A stretch of DNA of 64,000 bases from Vitrella brassicaformis CCMP3155 (taxonomy: Eukaryota > Protista > Chromerida): contig CDMY01000469.1 of the NCBI GenBank assembly GCA_001179505.1, positions 1 through 64,000 on the forward strand, in the 5' to 3' direction. The position numbers and the translations under genes were made by a program. The notes under the pieces are model-generated. The model had not been told where the DNA came from and did not search any database. It saw nothing but the letters and a program-made list of their open reading frames with translations. Shown here piece after piece: positions 26,177-38,027 of this stretch. Positions within the stretch are counted from its first letter, which is position 1. Every line of letters starts with the position of its first letter.

Positions 26177-26640
26177 TAGCGAGTGTGTCTCTCGTGGCTG
26201 TGTGTTTTGTGTGTCTATCTGTCTGTCTCTCGTGGCTGGCTGGCTGTGTGTGTGCGTCTCTCGTGGCTGGCTGGCTGTGTATTGTGTGTTGTGTGTGTGT
26301 CATATGTCTACGGATGTGTGTTTGCATCCGTTGGGGGGAGGGAGAGAGGCAGTGCAGTGTCTGTTTTATTCGATGGTTTGTGGCCTTACAAGACCCGACG
26401 GCTGCGTGCGGTTGTCTGTGTGCTGATGTGTGTCTGAGTCTCTCTTTGCTGTCTGTGCGTGTAAGCGGATAGAAGTAAGTTGATCGGTCAGACAGGTTTT
26501 CGCACCATAGCCATGAGGACTCTCGTGTGGGATGTTTTTGCTGCACTCTTGTTGCGATTCCGATTGATTTATTTGAGACCGAAAGTGCATTGCCATCGTA
26601 TTGATGCAGTGTCCATATTTGGGCGTCCTCACCTTTGACA
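26176..26640 (+). repeat. 3' flank of MORN copy 4, duplicated at 41005-41405 (3' flank of copy 7)
   Basis: Shared catccxttgggggagggagagaggcagtgcagtgtctgttttattcgatgg...gaaagtgcattgccat...cgtcctcacctttg block. Confidence 0.85.
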
Positions 26641-27438
26641 CAGACCCCAAGGCGGACAGACGCGCATCTGTCGAGCACACATGCGCAAGGGGCGAAGACC
26701 AAGACCACACACGCATCGAGACACAGCAGCTCTTTGCTGTCGTTCGTACGGCTGTAGGGTGTGTTGGCTGTTGTCCTTCGTCCTCCCTGTGCGGCTGACT
26801 GGCAGCTGGTGCGAGTGCTCGCTCACACACAGCGGCCATTCAGCGGCAGACAGATCGGACGCAGGACCACAGACACACACACCAATAGAAAATCACCATT
26901 AGAAGGGAACAGAGTACATTGATGGCAATAAAGCCATCAGCACCAGAGAGCACAGCCACACCATCGCTCATCTCGCACCCCCGCCCCCCTCTCCCAGACA
27001 CACAGCAGCAAGCGACAAATAGACGGCCACCATCAGGTGGTAGCGAAAAAATGAACACACAAATCGTGAAGCGTCCGACATCAGCGGGAATAGCAATTAC
27101 GCGGTTCAAGCAGCTGCAGAATTGGCACAAAGTGGCCCTCGGCGGCAGCATGCAGAGAGACAGTAAGACGCCATGCTGAGCCACGACAGCCCTCCGTGGT
27201 TTGTACGGCTCACACAGTGGACGGAGGACAACAGACCAAGCACTCACACACACATCCCAGCAGGCGGAAAAATCATCGCAGCAACACGCCGACAATCTCC
27301 CTCGTCATATCCGCTGCTCACTGCAGCAGATCCGCACAGCAGTCGACACAGTGGATGCACTCTCTCATCCATTGATCTCGATCAATAATCCCATCCATGA
27401 AGCCCCACCGACCCGCATTCCGTTCCGCGCCACGGGGG

Positions 27439-30400
27439 CTAAGCTACAGGCTGGCTGTCCATCGCCTCACTGTCCTCACACACCGGCACGCCACCGGGAA
27501 ACGAACCTCTCTCACACGGACTCTCGCCTCTCTCAAACACAATCATGTTGTTCCCACTCACACTCTTCGCCATCGCACTGCCCGGGAACCCCAGCCCCTG
27601 CGCACATGCCATGAGCATGCCCCTATCACAGGACACCCCTTCGCCCATTCCCAGGCCGACCTTCTCAACTGTGGGAAATCGCGTCAAGACCCACCAGGCA
27701 TTGAAAGCAAAGGACGAGAGACACGCGGACAGCGACGGCAGTGCGGGCGGCGGTGGCTGGTTGCCCGCCCCTCCCTCATGACGCACATTGAGATTCACCA
27801 TCGCTTTCCTCACCCTGGCTTTCAGCACTGCCTCAAGCTCATCTGACTCCTCTTCTACCGTCTGCCAGTGAAAAACTGGCACTGAAAAACCATTCTGCGA
27901 CGGTCGAGCGCTCAGAAAGACATCCACGAACACGTCGAGAGGCCCCCCCTTGCCAGCACAGTGCTTCAGCCCCGCCCCCACCAACGGTACAAGTACGTTT
28001 TGCGAAGTGAACGTGACTGGCACAACGTGAATGACACGTGAGAGGTGAGGCAGCCGGCCCATGACCTTGTCTACCCCTCCCTCATACAGCGACACGCCCG
28101 CTGGCCCACTGCTGTGGTCCAGCCAGAGTGTCTTGACAGCACCGAACATCGACGGCACGCTCTCGGTGATCCACTCCGGCAGAGGATGGCGGGCGTCTCG
28201 CTCCGTCATGCCCTCCGGAAACCTCACGATTAGGTCAGCCGCTTGCTTGAAGGAGAGGCCATAGAGCTCGCTCGCGCCCGTCGCATGACTGTCGAGGAGG
28301 TAGGGGAGGAGAGCGACTCGTGCCGCGCTCGCCGCCAGGAACTGCAGGGTCGGTCGAGTGCCGGCCAGCTCCTGTGACCTGCCGATCAGCGGCAATTGGA
28401 TGTTGAGGGGGGCGCGGCACTCGCGGGTTGCTCGCCTGACGAGGCGAAGGCGTCCATTGTCCATCTCTCCAATGTGGTACAGCTCCTTGGCGCCCTTTGC
28501 CAGCCACGAGCTTCGGAATTCGTGCCACATCTACGGACAAGAATGCACGGCCACGTCGAAATACATACCATTGCTGCGTCGCCATATGGAGGTGTCCCAC
28601 CTGTATGCCACCGGCTTGGGAGAGTATCGGTAGTGTCACAACCTCCAGGCACTCGAGGCCGCTGAGGGAGGAGACTACTCTATCGAAGCTGATGGCACCG
28701 GTGAGCGATTTGATGGTCCCGTGAGAGGGGGTGCCCTGAAGAGATTGGACGACTGCCCCGAGGGGCTTGTACACGGGAAGATGTCCACCAGCTGACACCT
28801 GCGAGGAAGTGGTAACAAAACGACACACGCTATCCACCCCCTCATGGCCGCATTACCCCACCTGGTCGAGGAGATGGAGCGACCGCAGGCCGCCAGTCAC
28901 CCCCTTGAGCATCGTCAGCCCCCCGTGTGCAGGCCACTCGACGCTCAAGTGGGTCAGGGCGGGCATCTCATACACCTGCCCAAAACAATGGTGCGGCTGC
29001 ATCAGCTCCACCCACTCACGCATCAGGACGGCCTTGACGAGCCGCGGGAAGCTCACAGTATTGCCGCCGGTGATCACTCTGCGATGTGTTCTGCGGTCGG
29101 CGGCCGTGTCGACGGTGATCTCAGTGACGGCGGGAGCGGCGGCCTCGAGCAGGGCGACACTGTTGACGCGCGGGCCGGCCTCGATTAAGACCCGGACGTT
29201 ACTGGCGCGGGAAAGCACCTCTGAAGGATCCATGATGACACACAGACAAGTGACCGGTAGTGAGTCGGCTACTGCTCTGTGTTGCGCTGTATTTACCCTT
29301 CCACTTTTTGTGTATGGGCGGGGGGCCGCGCCAGGGATGCGTTGTGACGTCGATCAGCTGGTGTTTGGGGTTTGCGATCAGCAGAATGGGATGCATCTTG
29401 GGGTTGCCGACGATGGACGCGATCGCCGTGCTGACACCCGAGAGGGACTTGACACACTCGACAAAGCCCAGATAACCACCTGCAGACCAAACCAGACATT
29501 GACTGAGCCGATCTGGACATGTGTGGTCGATATCAGCGTACCGATGCCGGTCCGATCGGTGTCGCTCAGCCACAGCACCTCGGGAATGCCCTCCAAACAG
29601 GGCTCATGCTGTACACACAAGCCAGCCTCGTAAGCAGAATCTATCGCTTGCGTGTGCCGCCCTGTGTCCGACTCACCGGTGTCTCCAGCAGTCCTTGTAT
29701 CACGCGGAGTTTCTTTGCTGAGGGGGCGGTGAGTGCTTTGACGGCTGGGGTGATGGCCTGGATGGTGTGCTTGGCTTGGTTGTCGACTAGGCTCTCCTAC
29801 ACACGCAGATTCTGCTCAACCGCCTGACAAACAGACAGACAGACAGACAGAGATGAGTGTGTGTGTGTGTTCATCGATGTGCTGCTTGTCACACATACCT
29901 GTGGTTTGTTTGGTGTGTTGAGAAGGTTGACTGCCTGTTGCCTCTGTTTGTCCACCAGCTGCAGCTGACTCCTGAGCACTCGGCTGAGGTCATCCAGCCC
30001 TCGCAAGTGCTTGGCGAACTGAACAAGAAGGCACACACATACACATATCAGGAACAGGGCCAGCCATCCCTGTCTGTCACCTGTGTGTGTGTCTCGCTCA
30101 CCAGCCTCTGCTGCACTTGTGGCGATTGCGGCCCTTGTAGTGAGGGGAGGCCCCCTCTTTGCTGCAGGCACACTGCGGCAGTCGGCGGATGGCTCCAGGC
30201 GACCAGTGGATGTAGCCCGGTGGCGCCCTGGGGGCTGGGTGGGGGTGGGGGGAATGGGTAGGCCAGCTGAGGGGGCGGCTGTTGGTCAGGGTGACCACTG
30301 CTTGATGAGCCGACATGCCTGACGCACACAACAAACACATCAAGAAAGAGTGAGTGCCCTTCAGAGACGCTCACAAAAGGTGAATGGATGGACGGCTTAC

Positions 30401-31058
30401 GGCGCTGTGTTGTGTTGTGCCATGCAGTAAGGCGTGATCAGCTTGTCAATCACACGCTGCCAGCAATCTGCAGTGCAGCGATGAATGACAAACACGATCA
30501 CATGACACACCGCTGCCAGTGCTCTTGATGCTCACCTGTCGATGTGTGGTAGTGCTGTGTGATGAAGTCATCCTCCGCCCTCCCATGTGTGCCGCAGACA
30601 CGACACAGTGTTCGCCTTTCGCCACTGCAGACACACATACAACACCATAACGTACACCATCTGTGAGAGAAATGAGGGATCTCTGCCGACCTGTTGTCGA
30701 AATGGAATCTCCGGTCACCGACAAACAGGCTGCCCGGCTCTCTCACCACCTCCTCGGTCACGTCGGTGTGCGGAAAGGCCCAGACGACCTCAAATACGGC
30801 ATCCACGAGCAGGCACTCACTGCCAGTGCATTGGACGATAGGCGGCGTGAGAGGCCGCTTGTTCGACCGATACGATGGCGCATTTGCCTCGGGGCTGCCG
30901 TAGAGATGGGCACTCGGGGATGCAGCGTCGCCGATGTGCAGGGGGAGGGCGGGAGGGGGCGAGGTGGCGGTGTTGTGCAGTTCTCCATCGTTGTCGGGGA
31001 GATCTCCATCGGCACCATCGACACGTCGCTTCTTTCTCCTGTTTGGCTCCTCCGCCAT
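27439..31058 (-). CDS. Large lineage-specific family protein A (unknown function, multi-exon, N-terminal NLS-like RRKKRR)
   Basis: Coding-like long exons (27439-28530, 28853-29233, 30498-31058) separated by microsatellite introns. The sequence style resembles expanded chromerid-specific families; no recognisable catalytic motif. Confidence 0.6.
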
Positions 31059-31339
31059 CGCCGAAAGCCGTCTTGCCCACCTTCGACGATGGATCTCTGC
31101 TTTGCAAGCTTAGCTCGCAGATGGAGGAGAGAAGGAAAGGAGGCAAGGAGGACGTAGAACCCGTCCAAGAGGTATGCCGGGAGGTGTGCATGTTGAAATC
31201 GATAGATGCGTCGTATGTGTTGATTGGGTCAGTCATTCTTGCCTGTCTGCCTGTCTGCCCTGTCAGACCCCGCTGTGCCCTATTGATTCCAAGCACTGAT
31301 CTCTGCTGACTGAGCCAACCGTTCCTCATCAACGCCGCC

Positions 31340-32292
31340 ATGTCTGACGCCGCGTCAAGCCACACCATCTCCTCTGAGATGCTGCAAAAATCATGGACGG
31401 TGCGCTCACATCGACAGAGGGGCGCGGGTGTCTGTCCATCTGCGATGTCATCATGTGCACTCAGAATTGCGTCGTGCGACGGACCGAGAGCGGCAGCAGT
31501 ATAAAATGCGAATCGAGGAGCTCACTGCTCAGAGAGATGAGTGGAAGCAGCGCTGCCAGCAGGTACACAAACATAGGCAAGAGACGAACACACAACTGTT
31601 TAAGTCCCGTGCGTGTGTAGGCCGAGGCGAAGCTGAAGGCCTTCGAGCAGGAGCCGACATTGGCGAGTCTCCATTGGGAGGGGGGCGTGTACCACGGCAA
31701 TGTCCGCAATAAGATGCCCCACGGCGAGGGCATTCTGCGCACACTCGACGGCCAGAACTCATTCTACGAGGGCCAATGGGCGGACGGCAAACGACACGGC
31801 AAAGGCAAGCAATACGCCCCATGCCAGGTGTCCAACCAGCAACGCCAAATGGAGACCAAAATCTGTCTCGTGTATGAGGGCGATTGGCAAGACGGCCAGC
31901 GACATGGCAAAGGCACTGAATACGCCCCGTGCCAGGTGTACGACCAGCAAGGCCAACTGGAGACCAAGATGTTTCTCGTGTACGAGGGCGAGTGGAAAGA
32001 CGGCAAGCGAGAGGGACAGGGGAAGGCCTACTAATGGAGTGCTGCGGCTGTGTTGTGTTTTGAGGGCGACTGGTGGGAGGGCCTGGCCCACAGCGGCACC
32101 CTCTTCCCTGACGGCGACTGGGTCGGACAGAAGAAGGCTGACGGCAGCCCACGGTGGCCCATCAAGCCCATCCAATGGCAGGCCGGACAGAAGATACCCA
32201 ACACCAACCTGCGTGCCGGATGGGGCAAATTGCATCAGTACCTGCAGTCTCGGGGTCTGACTGCGTATTTCCCTAATTGTGCACTGAGATAG
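31340..32292 (+). pseudogene. Coiled-coil + MORN protein, copy 5, with frameshift and nonsense codon
   Basis: Exon 1 A-run (31386-31390) is one base short versus the EMLQNVID consensus; in-frame TAA at 32032-32034 between KAY and the VLxFxGxW block. Confidence 0.75.
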
Positions 32293-32797
32293 CGAGTGTG
32301 ACACTCTGTCTGGTAATATCTCTGTTTGCATCGAGGGAGAGAGAGGGAGCAGCTGTCGTCTGTGTTGAGTGTCTTGTGTTTCCATGACGCGTTGCTCAGT
32401 CGGTGTGAAGATAAGCGGTTGTGACTGAAGACCTTATCAGTTGGTGTGATTGTTCGCTTCACTCGAGTCATTGACAGTACTAGTAGTCACGCCATCCTCT
32501 CACCAGACAGCATGTGTTCCACCCACCCATGGCACAGAGAGACGCACAATCAAACTCATGCACCACTGTGTGTATTACGCACTGAGGCCATCTAGAGGCC
32601 ATCTATCAGGCTTTTGTGCACAAAGGCAGGCAGCAGCTGAGACGGTCCGATCCACATCAGCCTCTCAGCTGGCTGCACCAACTGCTCGACAAGAGAGAGA
32701 GAAAAAACCACTGCAATGATCTTCTGCGTCGCTCCATGTATGTGTCGGATTATGCAAAAGCTCATGTGTGCTCGGCCACTCACTGCCAACCATCTGT

Positions 32798-33199
32798 CTA
32801 TCGGTCAAACATCAGGGCTGCGACGACGCGCCCCAGCGCCGCACGGGCCAGCCGGGTTGTCACCGGGAAACGCTCTCTGAAAGGGTCACTCGACGAGGCA
32901 GTGGCCGGCCGCTCAGTTGTGAACACCTGAACCTTCACTGCACAAACACGACAACAAAGTGCGACAGAAATCTGTGTGTGTGCGTTCCCTTCGTGCCGAC
33001 CGTCGTTGGCGTCGCCAATGTGGCAATCCCAGATGGACACCCAGGCAACGAACTCGTGGCTCGTATCGGTCAGCACAACGCGCCGGGCCTTGCCATATCG
33101 CGGCCAGAAGTACGACACGCTCGTGCTGCACCCCTCGACCAGTGAGTGGGGGGACTGCGTGAGCAGCGTGTGCAGCCGATGGTCGTCCACATGCCTGAC

Positions 33200-33234
<35 letters not shown>

Positions 33235-34199
33235 GACGACGGAGACGACGGACACTCACACAGGCGGTGTGTGCAAAAGAAGACGCCCTCATGCCCGACC
33301 TGTTGATGTTTCTGCTGGACGAGTTGCTCTGGCGAGCGCGGGTGCGCGCGAAGGGCGCCATGATGACGCTCTTGATGAACGACGACGCCGACGAGTACGT
33401 CGAGGCGCCGACCGAGGTCCAGTAGCCACGATCGGGCGAATAGCCGATCTCACTGCGGACCGGAGGGTCGTGCTCCTGGCGGTGCTGCTGGTAGAGGTGG
33501 TCGGGAGGGATGGGCGGGCCGATGGTGAGCTGGAAGTCCCGCTGGTTCTTGATCATGCGCATCCTCTCGCCGGCCTGGAACACCTCGAACGTCACGCCGC
33601 CGCCGAAGTGGATGTGGGGACCGACCATCCGCAGCTGGGCCAACACACGGGGGTCCGCAAGATACGCCTGACACACACACACACACACACAAAGGACATC
33701 GTGAGATGTGCCCGTTCCATGCCTTTCTGCCATGAGTCTCTCTCTCTCAGCCGCTTACCGTCTTGTTGTCATAATGGTGAAGGTCACTCCCGTCGAGCCT
33801 CACCGGCAGGTGGCAGTAGCCGCACGACGCCGCCAACTCGATCGCCTCACTCATCTCGCCCCAGCCCCCCTCCTCAAGCACAAACATGGCCACCAGCAGC
33901 TCGGCCTCGCCCATATGCTGAGCATCAAACACCAGCAGCGGCACCGCCTGTCCGTTGCGCACCCGTCGCAGGCCCCTCTGCCTGCCGAGGGAGTGGCTGA
34001 GTCGCTGCCGGAGCTGAGACGCGCCGAAGACGTCCCGGAGAGAGGTGCATGTTGCTCTCAGATGGACGACGTCGATGACGCTGAGGAGGAAGAAGCTGCG
34101 GCGGCCGACGAAGATGTAGCACATGGGGTGCTGCTGATGCTCCTGCATGTCCTCCTCGTCCATCATGACAGACGACAAGGCAACCTCCGGGACGGACAA
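32798..34199 (-). CDS. Lineage-specific family protein B (unknown function, about 3 exons)
   Basis: MSVPEVALSS...FLLSVIDVVHLRATCTSLR (F-box-like start)...ELLVAMFVLEEGGW...|AYLADPRVLAQLRMVGPHIHFGGG...YQQHRQEHDPPVRSEIGY...ERFPVTTRLARAALGRVVAALMFDR*. Confidence 0.7.
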
Positions 34200-34494
34200 A
34201 CCAAAAACTCAAATAGAGCGCACCCGACGGCGTCGCCAAGCCGACGGCTCAATGCCTGCCTGCGATGGCAAAGCTGAAACACGTGAACTCAAAAAGCGCG
34301 CATGCTAAGCGCGCAGATTCCGCCGGCGCAGAGGAAGGAGTGGACTCAAAGGAGTGGCTCAAGACACCCAAGAGGTATGCCGGGAGATGTACACAACGAA
34401 ATGGATACAATGATCATGATGGATTTGTCTGTCTGTGTGTGAGTGATTTTTCCATCCCTGCGCGTCGCTCTCTGTCTGTCTGCTCTCCGCTGAG

Positions 34495-35428
34495 ATGATG
34501 GACGAGCCGCCATCTCCCACTGGCACTGCCTCGTCAGCTGCCGTCACTCTCGTGACTATCGAGATGATGCAGACGCAGATTGAGGACCAGCAGAGGCAGA
34601 TTGACCAGATCAGACAGCAGCGAGACCATTATGAGGCCGAGAGGGACGGGTGGAAGCGACTGTGCGAGCAGGCTGAGGGCGAATGCAGGAATTGGAGGCG
34701 CCGCTGTGAGGAGGTACCCAGAACTAACCCAGCCAGTCAGCCAGCCAGCCAGCCATCCAACCAAGAAAGAATGTGTTCTCTTTGTCTGTGTACGTGCAGG
34801 CCGAGGCCCAACGTGACATTGCAAGGGAGCAGCTGCGAGCGGAAGTTGCTGCCGCCCAGGCCCGATGCGATGACTGGAGGCGCCGATGCGAGCAGGTAGA
34901 CGAACACACGCCGGGCAGCAACACAGCAGTGCACGTGCTGTATCGTCACTCATGCAGGCAGAGGCACAACGCACGATTGTTCGGGGACCTGAGACGAATA
35001 GCATTACAGTGCACAGGGGCATGTCCTTTGAGGGTGGCGTCTATCACGGGCAGCTGATGGGTGGGCAGCCCCACGGCAGCGGCACGCTCTGCACACAAAT
35101 CGGCCGTGTCATCTACAGCGGTGACTGGCAGCACGGCAAGCGGCACGGCCAGGGGAAGGCATACTATGACATCGGTTATGGTCCTGTGTTGTGGTTCGAT
35201 GGCGAGTGGCGGGACGGCCTGGCCCACAGCGGCACCCTCTTCCCTGACGGCGACTGGAGTGGAGTGAAGAAGGCTGACGGCAGCCCTCTGTATCCCATCA
35301 CGCCCATCCAATGGCAGGCCGGACACAAGCTACCGAGCACCGACCTTGTGGGGGGATATAAACTGCATAAGTGGCTGCAGTATCGGGGTGTGTCGGGATA
35401 TTTCCCTGCTGGTGCACTGGGAGAGTGA
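34495..35428 (+). CDS. Coiled-coil + MORN protein, copy 6 (short, intact, 3 exons)
   Basis: MMDEPPSP...VTIEMMQ...WRRRCEE|AEAQRDIAREQ...WRRRCEQ|AEAQR...GGVYHGQLMGGQPHGSG...GYFPAGALGE*; the coiled-coil exon is duplicated. Confidence 0.8.
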
Positions 35429-37355
35429 GTGTGTCTCTCGTGGCTGGCTGACTGGCTGTGTGGCTGTGTGTCTGGAGGTTTGTATGTAGTGTGTGTGTCA
35501 TATGACACATACACACACATCCGTAGACATATGACACACACAAACGTAGTCCCTTTGTCTGGGAATACGTGTGCTTGCGCTGCTTCTTGCCATTTTCTCG
35601 TGTGTGGCTCTCTTTGTGCATTCACATCTCCGTCTGCGGCGCATCAAGGAGCTAGAGGCACACTTAGCACCACCTCTCAAGTGTGTGTGTGATGGTCCCC
35701 ATACAGATCAGCAGCACAGGCAGCAAGCAATAGTGTCAGAACTCGGTGCACACGTCGACTCCCCGGCGATGTCTTGTCTGTGCTGACTGACCCCTTCACA
35801 TATCCCGTCAGAAGTGTCAAAAGCTCGTGAGACGCGCACACACCACACCACACCACACCATCTACGCACCGGACTGCTGTCGTCAGAGAGATGATGTCGA
35901 CGCGATGGTCCCACTGAATCTCTGCGCTGTTGCTCTTTGCTCTCTGCCACCCACACCACACATCAATCAGCTCACCGTACGTAAGTGAGATGGATCAATA
36001 GCCCATGAGAGGCACCCACACCACCCACCCACGTGCAGATTGCTCGCCCTCACATCGGCGCCAACCAAAAACACCACAAGCATGTCATCACCACGACAAT
36101 ATCATCATCCGTTTGCTCGAGCCGTGTGCCGCGACGCTGCCGCAACGCGACGGCACGAGAGCCAGAAGGACTGCACATATGAATTCTGCACTGCATATTA
36201 CGAATTTGTCGGCATCTGTGTGTCGAAAAACTCATGTATATTATATAGAAAACGGACTGACGGTTTGTGGTGTCCGTCCCCCCGGCTGGCTGGCCCGCTG
36301 GCCGACCGAGTGAGAGAGTGATCGGCAGAGCAGTAGAGTCGATGCATGGCATCACACACGTACATGTAGCAAAATGGTTGGTTGCCCAAGAGAGAAATAA
36401 CCCCCCACACAAGTCACCCACCCACCCCGTCAACCCCACATGCGCATACGCAGGGAAGAAAATGAGACAGACAGACAGAGATATATAGGCAGCACTTCAT
36501 GGCCAGACGGACGGGCGCAACAGACAAGCGAACCAAGCCCCCCTCAGGTCACCCAACCAACAGACAACCCCTCCCATTCATCGCTCCACCCCTTCGCACC
36601 AGCCGACCCGCTAATGCGGTATCCGGGCCACAAACTACGACAAAGATGCACGCAGCAATGCAGGCCAGTCAGTTGAGCTGTTCGAGAGAGTGCGGGACGC
36701 CATCACATGAGTGAGTACACTGAAGGGAAAAATGCCAGTCCATTCACCAGTCAGGCAGGCAGGCAACTGACACCCCACCATCCCACCCCACCACCCCATA
36801 CGAACGATAGATCCATCAGCCCCCCTACCGCCCCCGTCCCCCCCTGCACTACGGTCAGACAGACAGACAGACAGGCAGACATCAGTCCCTTCGGGAATGA
36901 TTGATTAAGTGAGCGAGTGAGTGCGGGAAGATAGCATCGTGTATATTAGGGCGGTTCCCACCCGCCCTGTCCTGGGCACACGGCACAACCCATGAACTCC
37001 CTCACCCCTCTCGCACGTCACACACATGAGACGCGCAACCAGCTCATCGGATGCTCACATATATACACACACACACACCGCTACGCACATATCCGATTGC
37101 TCCAATCGCTGTGCGACGGACGGCACGAGAGCCGCACACGCTGCATTGATTTACCACTGACCTTGCTGTTTTCCGGCACATAGCCGCTTCTGGTGGACAA
37201 AGAAGCGGCCGCAACTGACCTCACTCACTCACTCCCCCGCTCAATACATGCAATACTTAGATAAACACCGGTGATGGCCTACCTACCTACCGCCGTCCCC
37301 TTCCCCCCCACCCATACATACATACATACATACACTTGGACGACTGGCGGCTCGG

Positions 37356-37456
37356 ATGTCTTGTGCGTCACGCTTGCCATGTGGTGGGCCAGTCGGGCCT
37401 ACGAGCATGGTAGGCCCGACTTGCCCACCACATGGCGTCAGTCACACACAAGACAT
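37356..37456. repeat. Inverted repeat / hairpin with about 47-nt arms and a 7-nt loop
   Basis: Core gccatgtggtgggccagtcgggcctac pairs with gtaggcccgacttgcccaccacatggc (26/27), plus an outer atgtcttgtg/cacaagacat stem. Confidence 0.9.
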
Positions 37457-38027
37457 GCGATCCACATGACAGACAGAGAGACAGACAGACAGATTGGGTT
37501 CCCACCCACTCTGTCCTGCACACACGTCTGGGAGCTTCGGGCTTCGAACTCATCAACCGGCTCCCTCCCCCCTCTCGCACGTCACACACACATCCAGCCG
37601 GGAGGGAGCCAACCGACATGTAAGAGACCCCTCCCGACGCACACCGCTGTCCAAAAAAGGGCGGCAAGACCAGGATATCTGTTGCTCAAGCCGTTGCTGG
37701 CGACAGACGGCACGAGACCGATGTAGAAAGGCTGCATTTGTATGCCACGTGCAAGGTGCACACAGAAGCAGCCGCAACCGACTGAGGGATCACTGATACT
37801 CACACAGCAATTAGAAAAACACTGTGGATGGCCCACCACCTACCACCGCCCCCATTGCCCCCTCACACAAACCCACACAAACTCTCGCGCTCGCTCCATT
37901 CTCACCCCTCTGACATGCAGACACACACAGATAGCGAGGCAGCACTCCCACCCCCCATCGCCCCTCCAAAACAATATCACACACATCACACACAGACGCT
38001 CTCTCTCGGTCGCTCCCACATCGTTCG

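Noticed and set aside
26460-26660. Minus-strand GEDAQIWTLH as a WD40 gene fragment (also at about 41370-41410)
   Set aside because: A single short motif inside a duplicated 3' flank; the second copy has stops and no further WD repeats are present.
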